Assembly: GCA_965248265.1 (NCBI GenBank)
Contig: CBDFJF010000002.1
Coordinates: forward strand, 320,001-384,000
Direction of reading: 5' to 3'
DNA: 64,000 nt
Origin: Candidatus Latescibacterota bacterium
GTDB lineage: Bacteria > Latescibacterota > UBA2968 > UBA8231
A model generated the notes under the pieces. That model did no database searches. It had not been told where the DNA came from and worked only from the letters and a program-made list of their open reading frames with translations. The translations under genes were made by a program, and so were the position numbers. Below, piece after piece: positions 1 to 8,362 of the stretch (positions within the stretch are counted from its first letter, which is position 1; each line of letters opens with the position of its first letter).

Positions 1-388
1 CTTCAGTCCCGACGAATCACTCCTTTACATCGTCGACACCGGTTTTTCGGATGGCCCCGACCATCCATCCAACATCAGGGTGTTCGATGTAACAGAGGGC
101 GGGCAGCTGACGAACGGACGTGTTTTCGCCGACATGAGACCGGGGGGATCGGACGGTATTCGCGCCGATCGCGATGGCAATATCTGGTCAGCTGCCGGTT
201 GGGCAGGGGAGGGATTCGACGGCGTGCACTGCTTCGATCCCGACGGCACCCTGATTGGCAAGATTCACCTGCCGGCGCCGTGTGCGAACCTGTGTTTTGG
301 AGGAAAAAAGAAAAACCGCCTGTTCATGACGGTTTCGCAATCGCTGTTTTCGATATACGTGGAGGCCAACGGGGCGCAACGCCCTTGA
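1..388 (+). CDS. SMP-30/gluconolactonase family protein (5' truncated)
   Basis: C-terminal motifs DGIRADRDGNIW and CANLCFGG...LFMT typical of the SGL family; frame runs off the window edge. Confidence 0.85.
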   Translation, partial: FSPDESLLYIVDTGFSDGPDHPSNIRVFDVTEGGQLTNGRVFADMRPGGSDGIRADRDGNIWSAAGWAGEGFDGVHCFDPDGTLIGKIHLPAPCANLCFGGKKKNRLFMTVSQSLFSIYVEANGAQRP

Positions 389-394
389 AATCAA

Positions 395-760
395 TCAGAT
401 AACTTCCCGACGTGGATCTCGCGCCATTTTTATTGCGTGTGGATCCCCGTCATGGACCTGCTCTTCATCCGTGCCCTCTGCCTCCGCCCTTCTCTCTTCT
501 TCTTCGAGACGTTCGATTTCAGCGCTGATCTCCTGGATGGAGTCCTCGGTTTCCCCCTTCAACTTCTCGGTGAATTCGAGCGTTCCCTGGGCCAGTCTGT
601 GTCGTTCCACCTCATATTCCAGTCGGGCCGCAATCTCGCGCCAGGCTTGCTCTAGCTGGGCGACCTCTTTTTTTTGACGGTCGAGGTCCCAGTTGGCCAG
701 TATTGCCAATGCCACGGAGCCGATGACGAGAATGGCCGTGATGGCCGTGAGTGCAGTCAA
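395..760 (-). CDS. Hypothetical membrane-anchored coiled-coil protein
   Basis: N-terminal hydrophobic helix followed by E/R/L-rich heptad pattern. Confidence 0.65.
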   Translation of the reverse strand: MTALTAITAILVIGSVALAILANWDLDRQKKEVAQLEQAWREIAARLEYEVERHRLAQGTLEFTEKLKGETEDSIQEISAEIERLEEEERRAEAEGTDEEQVHDGDPHAIKMARDPRREVI

Positions 761-960
761 TGTGTGTACGCGTTGTCTGTTGTCGGGTTGATGGTGATCG
801 TTCGATCACAAGAGAAGGTACAAAACTACATGTCGGAAACCACCATCACGAAGCTGACGTGATCACTTGAATGGCCGATTGGGGCTGTTTTTGTCTGAAT
901 AGTATCGGACGCTGGATGCGGAAAGATCGCGGAGTAGAGGGGTAGAAAGGAATAGATGAC

Positions 961-1755
961 ATGAAGATCGGTGTAACTCAGATCATCCTGGGTCAGATGA
1001 CGTTGGATGAGACCCTTAGCTTGTGTCAGGAAGCTGGCTACGACGCCGTCGAGCTGGTGTTCTCTCCGGACAAGGACCTCAACGTCGGTCTGGGCGATGA
1101 AGAGCTGAGGGCCCTGAGCGAGCAGTGTACGGAGGCCGGCGTCGCCGTCACCAGTGTGATCGCGCATTACAGGGAACGCGGCAACCTGCTGAGCCGAGAC
1201 CCGCAGCAACGGGAGCTCGGTCGTCGATGCGTCGCAAGGTCACTGGAAATTGCTGGCGCGCTCGAGGCTGGGGCCACGCTGGTGCATCCCGGACAGTTGA
1301 CCGCTGAAGGGACCTACGACGAGGCCTGGGATGATTTGTGCGACATCCTGCGATCCCTGGCGATGGAAGCGGAGAGTCACGGAGTTGCCATCGGCCTGGA
1401 GAACGTGTGGAACAAATTCATCCTCAGCCCGCGCGAAGCGGCGCAGTTCGTGGATGAAGTAGGCAGCGAGTGGGTCGGGATCTACCTGGACACCGCCAAC
1501 ATGATGGCCTACGGACATCCCGAGCAGTGGATCCGGGCCCTCGGTTCACGCATAAAACGGGTCCACGCCAAGGACTTCGACCGCTCGAAGCATACCTTCG
1601 TCGAACTGATGGACGGGGACACGGAATGGGCGTTGGTGATGAGTGAGCTACGCGCAACCGGGTACGGGATCAGCCTTATTCACGAGGTCTCAGGTGACCA
1701 TGCCACCCAGATCAGAATGGGCAAGCGCCTGCAAAGCATCATCGCACTGCAATGA
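961..1755 (+). CDS. Sugar phosphate isomerase/epimerase (AP endonuclease 2 TIM barrel)
   Basis: GLENVWNKF, YLDTANM, VHAKD metal motifs; RBS AAGGA. Confidence 0.88.
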   Translation: MKIGVTQIILGQMTLDETLSLCQEAGYDAVELVFSPDKDLNVGLGDEELRALSEQCTEAGVAVTSVIAHYRERGNLLSRDPQQRELGRRCVARSLEIAGALEAGATLVHPGQLTAEGTYDEAWDDLCDILRSLAMEAESHGVAIGLENVWNKFILSPREAAQFVDEVGSEWVGIYLDTANMMAYGHPEQWIRALGSRIKRVHAKDFDRSKHTFVELMDGDTEWALVMSELRATGYGISLIHEVSGDHATQIRMGKRLQSIIALQ

Positions 1756-1779
1756 TCCGGCCCGGTTGGGCGCCGAACA

Positions 1780-2583
1780 TCACTCCTTGTCTTTGACCTG
1801 CTCCCAGGCCTGATCCATCTCTTCGAGGTCGCACTCTTCGAGCATGCGGCCACGCGCTCTCAAGTTGTCCTCCATGGCGCGAAAACGCAGCTCGAATTTA
1901 TCGACCGACTGGCGCAGAACGTCCTCGGGTGAAAATTTCTGGAACCGTGCCACGTTGACGAGGGCGAACAGCAAATCGCCGAGTTCTTCCTCACACCGCG
2001 CATGGGTCTCAGTCGATTTGGCAGGGGGATCCCACTCACGGCGTAACTCTTCGAACTCCTCCGAGACCTTCTCCAACGGGCCCGAGATCTGTGTCCAATC
2101 GAAACCCACGCGAGAGGCTTTTTCCTGCATGCGCTGAGCGCGCAGCAACGCAGGCAGCAGCTTGGGCACCCCGTCCAGCACGGAGGCAGCCGTGTCGGCT
2201 CCGCCGCGTTCGGCCCGCTTTATCCGTTCCCAGTTTGTGACCACCTCGTCGGCATCGTCGACTTCGACATCACCGAACACATGAGGGTGGCGGTGGATGA
2301 GCTTGTCGACGACGGCTTTGCAGACATCGTCGACATTGAAGCGACCTTCCTCGTCGGCGATTTGCGCGTGGAAAACCACCTGTAGCAGTACGTCGCCCAG
2401 TTCCTTGCACAACTCGCCATCGTCGCCGGCATCGATCGCCTCCAGGACCTCGTACGACTCCTCCAGCAGGAATTGCTTGAGCGTTTGGTGTGTCTGCTCG
2501 CGGTCCCAGGGGCAGCCCTGATCCGAGCGTAGCTGGGCCATCACTTCGACCAGTCTGGCGATAGATCCACTACCTGCGCTCAC
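1780..2583 (-). CDS. mazG: Nucleoside triphosphate pyrophosphohydrolase MazG
   Basis: GCPWDREQT, EESYEVLEAI, ELGDVLLQVVFH, RHPHVFG, second EELGDLLF domain; GTG start overlaps upstream TGA after GGAGGAG. Confidence 0.95.
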   Translation of the reverse strand: MSAGSGSIARLVEVMAQLRSDQGCPWDREQTHQTLKQFLLEESYEVLEAIDAGDDGELCKELGDVLLQVVFHAQIADEEGRFNVDDVCKAVVDKLIHRHPHVFGDVEVDDADEVVTNWERIKRAERGGADTAASVLDGVPKLLPALLRAQRMQEKASRVGFDWTQISGPLEKVSEEFEELRREWDPPAKSTETHARCEEELGDLLFALVNVARFQKFSPEDVLRQSVDKFELRFRAMEDNLRARGRMLEECDLEEMDQAWEQVKDKE

Positions 2584-2990
2584 GGCGCGTTCTCCTCCCC
2601 ACCAACGTGCTCGAGCTCGGTGTATTTGAGGTTTCTGCCTCTGGCCTGATCGATCGGATAGCGCTGCCTGGACAGGGCCAGTTTTTCGTCCAACATCTGG
2701 CTGGCATCCATGTCGAGGTTGGCGCACATCAGCAGAGTGAAATAGAGGACGTCGGCGAGTTCATGACCGAGATCTTGCCGGAAGGCCGGATCAGTGAGGC
2801 GCTGCTTGATCTCTTCGTTGCTGCGGAAACGAAAGTGTTCCAGCACCTCAGAGGCTTCGATGGCCAGGCCGATGGCAAGGTCCTTGGGAAGGTGGAACTG
2901 GTCCCAATCGCGCTCGTGGACAAACTCCTTTATCTGTGCCTTCAGCTGAGACACCGTCGTCGAAGTATCGTTCAGTTCGGGGACGGCCAT
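2580..2990 (-). CDS. MazG-like nucleotide pyrophosphohydrolase (dCTP pyrophosphatase-like)
   Basis: ERDWDQFHLPKDL...IEASEVLE...ELADV. Confidence 0.88.
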   Translation of the reverse strand: MAVPELNDTSTTVSQLKAQIKEFVHERDWDQFHLPKDLAIGLAIEASEVLEHFRFRSNEEIKQRLTDPAFRQDLGHELADVLYFTLLMCANLDMDASQMLDEKLALSRQRYPIDQARGRNLKYTELEHVGGEENAP

Positions 2991-3069
2991 GCGTTCGCGT
3001 TCTCCGGGGGAGTTTTATGTGAGCAGAATCACGGTTCAATCATTTCGCGATCGATCCACGAGATGGTGA

Positions 3070-3097
3070 TAAATATCACCGACAATGGAACCGATAG
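3070..3097 (+). promoter_or_regulatory. Possible sigma28-like promoter
   Basis: TAAA-N16-ACCGATAG versus consensus TAAA-N15-GCCGATAA. Confidence 0.35.
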
Positions 3098-3243
3098 CGG
3101 CTATATTACTACGTTGCCGAAAGGGTGAATAACGCCTGAGGAAATGCCCTGTCAAACGGGAAAAAATGCGGGAACCAAAGCGGAACTCAGGCATTGTTAG
3201 TAGAGATTAGGAGGTCCGTCGATCGTTTGCACGATTATCAGGA

Positions 3244-4137
3244 GTGAGGCGTATGCTGAGAGCGCGCAAGAAGGTCAGGACCAGCGAGAAAAAGAAAAAA
3301 GAACGTCGAAGCGACGGCGATCCCGCCCTTGCTTCCTATCTGAGGGATATTTCTGACTCGACTCCCCTTTCCGCGGGCGAGGAAAGCGAACTTGCCCGGA
3401 GCTTCCGGGAAGGGGATGGAGATGCACGTAACACTCTGGTGGAGGCGAACTTACGGTTCGTCGTTTCTGTTGCCAAGGAGTACCAAAACCGGGGTCTCTC
3501 ACTGGCTGAGTTGATCAGCGCCGGCAACGTTGGACTTATCACCGCTGCCGAGCGATTCGACGAAACCAGAGGGTTCAAGTTCATCTCATATGCCGTCTGG
3601 TGGATTCGGCAGTCTATACTGCAGGCTTTGATGGAGCAGTCCACGGTCCGTATGCCGGTGAACCGGCTGGACATGTTGTCGAAGATATCGAGGACTATGG
3701 AGGCGCTACAGCAGAAGGGAGTGAAACCGAGCATAGAAAAAGTCGCTGAGACGCTAGGATTTACGGCAGAGGAAGTGGAAAGAACCCTCGTCAACGGCCA
3801 GCCGGTGCGCTCCCTTGACGCCCCGTTTGATGACGGCGAGGAGCGTTGCCTGCACGATTGTCTGTGCAGCGACGAGCAGCGCTCAGCGGAAGAGGCCTTG
3901 CTGGAGATCACCCTGCAACAGGACATCGGCACGGCCCTCGAGGGATTGACTCACCGGGAAGGGGAGGTGCTGCGGCTCTATTTCGGCATCAAACAGGACA
4001 GACCGATGACGCTCGATCAGATCGGCATGCGCTTCAAGCTGACGCGCGAGCGGGTGCGCCAGATCAAGGAACTTGCCCTGAGCAAGCTTCGTCACCCGCG
4101 TTTTTATGGCCGGCTGAGGGTCTACGCAGAGAACTAA
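3244..4137 (+). CDS. RNA polymerase sigma70 factor, RpoD/SigA family lacking region 1.1
   Basis: ANLRFVVSVAK, RGFKFISYAVWWIRQSI, LTRERVRQI; alternative ATG start at 3253. Confidence 0.93.
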   Translation: MRRMLRARKKVRTSEKKKKERRSDGDPALASYLRDISDSTPLSAGEESELARSFREGDGDARNTLVEANLRFVVSVAKEYQNRGLSLAELISAGNVGLITAAERFDETRGFKFISYAVWWIRQSILQALMEQSTVRMPVNRLDMLSKISRTMEALQQKGVKPSIEKVAETLGFTAEEVERTLVNGQPVRSLDAPFDDGEERCLHDCLCSDEQRSAEEALLEITLQQDIGTALEGLTHREGEVLRLYFGIKQDRPMTLDQIGMRFKLTRERVRQIKELALSKLRHPRFYGRLRVYAEN

Positions 4138-4164
4138 GTCCAGGAAGGATTTACAAAGAAATCG

Positions 4165-4200
4165 AAAGGGCCGGGGGTTTTCCTCCGGCCCTTTTTTGTT
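4165..4200 (+). terminator. Intrinsic terminator
   Basis: AAAGGGCCGG...CCGGCCCTTTTTT hairpin after sigma gene. Confidence 0.85.
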
Positions 4201-4212
4201 TCTCCAGTGGGG

Positions 4213-4228
4213 AGGCACGCTTATTGCA
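4213..4228 (+). promoter_or_regulatory. Sigma54 -24/-12 promoter
   Basis: AGGCACGCTTATTGCA: GG-N10-GC with CACG and TTGC matching consensus TGGCACG-N4-TTGC. Confidence 0.7.
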
Positions 4229-4235
4229 TCACCCA

Positions 4236-4317
4236 GCTCAGTGCCTGAGCGCAGACGAGGAGGAGTCAGGCAACTTCTTCCCCTTCAGCCAACGGCCGGC
4301 AACTCCTGCCGTTTTTT
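4236..4317 (+). ncRNA. Candidate small structured RNA
   Basis: Downstream of sigma54 promoter; hairpins GCTCAG-TGC-CTGAGC and GAC-GAGGAGGA-GTC; ends in AACGGC...GCCGTT plus T-run. Confidence 0.4.
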
Positions 4318-4383
4318 CCCCTGTTCATTTAAGCGGGAGCTGCCGATAAAGAAGGTACCACCAATCTGCAAGGAGCTGATGGG

Positions 4384-4506
4384 ATGCATACGACAGAGAG
4401 AATTCGAGTCTCCAAAGGTCAAGTCATGATGCGTCTGGGTGCTGTTGTGTTCGTTACAACAGGTCTGTTCCTGGGTGCCCTGCTCGCCGCCCTGGCGGGT
4501 GTATAA
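4384..4506 (+). CDS. Small single-TM protein, 40 aa (not in ORF track)
   Basis: RBS AAGGAG; MHTTERIRVSKGQVMMRLGAVVFVTTGLFLGALLAALAGV*. Confidence 0.6.
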   Translation: MHTTERIRVSKGQVMMRLGAVVFVTTGLFLGALLAALAGV

Positions 4507-4526
4507 AGCACCATTTTCACAATTCC

Positions 4527-4555
4527 TTGACCACCCATTCCGGGCATCCTATATT
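4527..4555 (+). promoter_or_regulatory. Sigma70 promoter of parA
   Basis: TTGACC-N17-TATATT. Confidence 0.6.
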
Positions 4556-4680
4556 GCCTGCCCTTGGCGGTATCCAACCGTCATTTTCTCAGTACAGCAA
4601 CGTCTAAACGGCTTGCGCTGAGCTGGCACCAACGCGGCTCTCGAACTGCCTTTGGGCGCTGACGGACAACGTCTGAGGCC

Positions 4681-5442
4681 ATGGGTAGAGTAATCGCAAT
4701 CGCCAATCAGAAGGGTGGGGTAGGGAAGACGACGACGGCCGTCAATCTCTCGGCCTGCCTCGCCGCCAACGGTCACAAAACTCTGCTCATAGATCTTGAC
4801 CCACAGGCCAACGCTACCTCCGGCTGCGCCGCCAGCGGTGACAGCCTCGAGGGTTCGGTATACGAGGTCATACTCGGGCACGCCCCCCTGGCTGGAGTGA
4901 TCTGCTCCGTCGAGATACCCCTGTTGGAACTGGTTCCTTCTCATATCAACCTGGCTGGCGCCGAAGTAGAAATGGCTGCCGTGCTGGGTCGCGAGAAGAA
5001 GCTGTCCGAGGCCATCGAAGACGTGAAGGAGGAGTACGAATTCGTCCTAGTCGATTGCCCCCCCTCCCTGGGTCTGCTCACAGTCAACGCGCTGACGGCA
5101 GCTGACTCGGTGATGATCCCTGTTCAGTGCGAATACTACGCGTTGGAGGGGCTCAGCAAACTGCTCAACTCCATCCACCTGGTTCAGCGCTACCTGAATC
5201 CGGATCTCGAGGTCGAGGGGGTTTTGCTCACCATGTTCGACGAACGGCTGCAGCTGTCCAAAAGGGTAGCGGCTGAAGTGAAGTCGTACTTCGGCGAAAA
5301 GGTCTACGAGTCCGTGATCAAGAGGAACGTCAGTCTGGCCGCCGCGCCGAGCTTCGGCAAGCCGGTCATCCTCTACGAACCACGCTCCACCGGGGCTGAC
5401 AACTATCGCAGATTGGCCAACGAAGTGAGCGCGGCCGCCTGA
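4681..5442 (+). CDS. parA: ParA/Soj family ATPase (orphan)
   Basis: [37 protein letters not shown]; no parB adjacent. Confidence 0.93.
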   Translation: MGRVIAIANQKGGVGKTTTAVNLSACLAANGHKTLLIDLDPQANATSGCAASGDSLEGSVYEVILGHAPLAGVICSVEIPLLELVPSHINLAGAEVEMAAVLGREKKLSEAIEDVKEEYEFVLVDCPPSLGLLTVNALTAADSVMIPVQCEYYALEGLSKLLNSIHLVQRYLNPDLEVEGVLLTMFDERLQLSKRVAAEVKSYFGEKVYESVIKRNVSLAAAPSFGKPVILYEPRSTGADNYRRLANEVSAAA

Positions 5443-5472
5443 CGTCCTCAACTCGACCGCGGTTCCCGCGGC

Positions 5473-6966
5473 CTACTCCACGCGCACGCACAACGACTTC
5501 AGAATCGGCTCCCCCTGCTCTCCGGGAAGCTCGAAATCCCACTCCTGTTCTGGCATGGGCAGGACGTGAGTTCGTCGACCGACGGTGTCCACGACCCTTC
5601 GGTGGAACTCCCGGAAATTCCACTTCTCATAGTTGGTGCTGACGACGATAGACCCCTCCGGGGCTGTAATCGCCAGCAAATCACTCAGCAGTGCCGGCAG
5701 ATGACGGTTGAGTTGAAAGACTCCGTCCCGACATCGGGCGAAGGATGGCGGATCGCATACGATCAGATCGAACTGACGGCCGCGACGCACACAGCCCTGT
5801 ACAAACAATCGTGCATCCGTGATGGGAAACTCGGTATTGTCGATGGGGAATTCGTTGAGCAGGAAATTCTGGCGAGCCCAATCCTGGGTGTTGCGGTTGC
5901 TGTCGACGTTGGCGATCTCTGTCGCTCCACCAGCGGCCGCACACATTCCAAAGCCGCCGGTGTAGGAGAACAGGTTGAGCACCCGTCGTCCGCTGGCTTG
6001 CTCCTTCACCCACTGGCGGTTGCGGCGCTGGTCCAGGAACAGACCCGGGGACAGGCCCTGTCCCTCACGAAACAGGTACTGCACACCATTCTCTGAACCA
6101 ACCCATTCGGACTCGCCCGAGCCGTCTCCCCACAGCCGTTTTTGCCGCGGATCCCTGCCACGGTCGAACATCCACTGCAGGCGCCAGTGGGAGGCTCCGG
6201 CCACGGCCGCCACCGTCGCGACATCCTCGAGCTGCGAGTCCTCCGGTGGGTCATCTCCATACCAATAAAACCAACACACCGGTCCCAGGCGGTCGCAACG
6301 CAGGTACCCCCCGTCAGTGTGGATCAAACGCAGCGTGCCATCGTCCTGGATGGAAAAGGCACGCTGTCGGCGTTCTAGGCAAACCAGCCAGGAAATGAGA
6401 TCAGTCCTGTCGAATTGTGTCGGGCAGTCGAAGACGAACGGAGGGGGTACTCGGAACGGAGGCACGATGTCTCCTTCGGCGGTATCGTCTTCGAGACGCA
6501 TTTCCACACAATGCAACATGAGCCGTGGAAAGGCCGAGCCGCCATGAGCGGTGTCCCCGAGGATGGGCAAGCCGGCCGCTGCTACCTGCACGAGCAGCTG
6601 TTCGGCATCGGCCAGACCGACGGTCTCCGCTTCCCAGAGTGAATGGCTGGTGGGATGGAATGGTGCGGTATCGCAGTGGTTGAGATGATACGGCCCGGCC
6701 TGCTCCTGCCGTAGTAGTGGCGGTCGATCGGTGATGAAGCGAAAGACCGTTCGCAGGCGGCCGTCGGCTGCGTGTTGTCGCAGCTGCGTACAACTCTGTG
6801 CCGTCGGCGTCGCCATCACCGCACCGGAGACCTCCCGGTCCAGGTCGTTGACGGCGAACAGGGGCAGTCCGCGAAGCCGTGAGACAAACCGCACGAAGCC
6901 GCTATCGCGGTCACCGGGAACGCCTGCAGGTTTGTCGATGAGCTCGAATGGCAACGGAGTGACCAC
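5473..6966 (-). CDS. Degenerate RluA-like domain fused to RlmI/RlmK-type SAM methyltransferase
   Basis: N-term DKPAG, LDREVSG, PILGD, RLMLHC; C-term GLFLDQRRNR, VLNLFSYTGGF, CDPPSF. Confidence 0.8.
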   Translation of the reverse strand: MVTPLPFELIDKPAGVPGDRDSGFVRFVSRLRGLPLFAVNDLDREVSGAVMATPTAQSCTQLRQHAADGRLRTVFRFITDRPPLLRQEQAGPYHLNHCDTAPFHPTSHSLWEAETVGLADAEQLLVQVAAAGLPILGDTAHGGSAFPRLMLHCVEMRLEDDTAEGDIVPPFRVPPPFVFDCPTQFDRTDLISWLVCLERRQRAFSIQDDGTLRLIHTDGGYLRCDRLGPVCWFYWYGDDPPEDSQLEDVATVAAVAGASHWRLQWMFDRGRDPRQKRLWGDGSGESEWVGSENGVQYLFREGQGLSPGLFLDQRRNRQWVKEQASGRRVLNLFSYTGGFGMCAAAGGATEIANVDSNRNTQDWARQNFLLNEFPIDNTEFPITDARLFVQGCVRRGRQFDLIVCDPPSFARCRDGVFQLNRHLPALLSDLLAITAPEGSIVVSTNYEKWNFREFHRRVVDTVGRRTHVLPMPEQEWDFELPGEQGEPILKSLCVRVE

Positions 6967-7941
6967 TCAAACCCCCTTTCGCAAGCCGAGCCTGGTCAAG
7001 CGGTCGAAGAGCGTTGAACGCTTCATGCCCAACAATCTGGCCGCTGCGGAGATGTTGCCTTCGGTTCGTTCCAACGTCTCCCGCAACTGTTGTTCACCGA
7101 GGTCGCTCCTCTCGGGTTTGTACAGAACGAAGGTCGCGGCGGAGCCCAGCTCAGATTGAACCAGCTCCGGGACACCTAGCAGTCCACCATCGCATCGCAA
7201 CATCGCCCTTTTCACACAAAGACTCAGTTCACGCACGTTGTTGGCGGACCAATCGCGAGCGTGCAGCCACCGTTCCGCCTCCCGGGTGAACTGCACCGGG
7301 CAGCGCTGAAGCTCTGATCCGTACTGGTGGGCGAAGAAGTGCGCCAACGGCACAATATCCTGTCGTCTGTGTCGCAACGGCGGTACCTCTATTACGTACT
7401 CACCCAGGCGAAAATACAGGTCTTGCCGGAAGAGCTGTTCCTGAACGCAGCCGGCGAGATCGCGATTGGTGGCGCTGACGACCTGCACATCTACCTGCTT
7501 CTCCTCAATGGCGCCGAGCGGACGGACCGACCTCTCCTGTAGCACCCGAAGCAACTTCGCCTGCAGGGATAATGGCAGCTCACCGACCTCGTCGAGAAAC
7601 AAGGTCCCCAGGTCCGCCTGTGCAAACAATCCTGGGTGATCCTCCTGCGCGCCGGTAAAGGCACCACGCCTGTAACCGAACAGATCAGCCTCCAACAGTT
7701 GCTCTGGTAGAGCAGCGCAGTTGATGGCGACGAATGGACCGCCGCATCGCGAAGGGTCGCATTCGTGCAGGGCTCGGGCGATCACTTCCTTGCCCGTGCC
7801 ACTCTCTCCCTGCACCAGGACGCTGATGTTGAACCCGTGCAAACGGTCCATCTCGCTCAGGACTGCACGCAGTCCAGGTTGATGGCTGACGACATGATTG
7901 ATGAGTGTTCGGTAGGTTTCGCGATTCGTCATTGCAGACAC
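6967..7941 (-). CDS. Sigma54-dependent transcriptional activator (AAA+ and Fis HTH, no sensor domain)
   Basis: GESGTGKE, GAFTGA, FLDEVG, FRQDLYFRL, GNISAAARLLGMKRSTL. Confidence 0.93.
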   Translation of the reverse strand: MSAMTNRETYRTLINHVVSHQPGLRAVLSEMDRLHGFNISVLVQGESGTGKEVIARALHECDPSRCGGPFVAINCAALPEQLLEADLFGYRRGAFTGAQEDHPGLFAQADLGTLFLDEVGELPLSLQAKLLRVLQERSVRPLGAIEEKQVDVQVVSATNRDLAGCVQEQLFRQDLYFRLGEYVIEVPPLRHRRQDIVPLAHFFAHQYGSELQRCPVQFTREAERWLHARDWSANNVRELSLCVKRAMLRCDGGLLGVPELVQSELGSAATFVLYKPERSDLGEQQLRETLERTEGNISAAARLLGMKRSTLFDRLTRLGLRKGV

Positions 7942-8206
7942 CGTTGGCTGAAGGGTTGTCGGGGCAGCGGATAGTAGTATGCCGATATCCTGGGTGGCTG
8001 CTCAAGCGAAATAGTTTACGGGCCGAGCTACTTTTTTCGACACCGGGCAAGAGAAGCTGGTTTTCGACGACAGGTGCACAGAATCGCCGGCATGAGTGAG
8101 AGTTGGTTGACATCAAAACCCGCTCACTGCCGCAGTCTATCGGACCGGTACCGCGACGACACGAGCCCGACGATGGACGAGACTCGCGCCGGTGACTCCG
8201 GTCTCT

Positions 8207-8240
8207 CCCTCATGTGTGTCCAACCCTCATGTTTCTCAAC
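8207..8240 (+). repeat. Direct repeat, candidate activator binding site
   Basis: CCCTCATGT...CAAC twice with 17-bp period, just upstream of a sigma54 promoter. Confidence 0.4.
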
Positions 8241-8286
8241 GGCATACTGTTGCGCGGATGCGGCCGGAGAGCAGGCGTCGGCAAGA

Positions 8287-8302
8287 AGGCACGCCACTTG
8301 CA
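8287..8302 (+). promoter_or_regulatory. Sigma54 -24/-12 promoter
   Basis: AGGCACGCCACTTGCA: GG-N10-GC, about 60 bp before ATG 8363. Confidence 0.7.
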
Positions 8303-8362
8303 TACAACCGGAGACAGCGCGGGAACATCGATATTCACCTGAAACCGGAGCCAGGCAGAGCT

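Noticed and set aside
790-860. Palindromes GTGATCG-TT-CGATCAC and ATCACG...CGTGAT
   Set aside because: May be operators but short, with no adjacent regulator to support a call
3171-3199. ECF-type promoter GGAAC...GTT upstream of the sigma gene
   Set aside because: Spacing is off and the motif is too short to support
8241-8255. Second sigma54-like site CGGCATACTGTTGCG
   Set aside because: GG-to-GC spacing is 9, not the required 10
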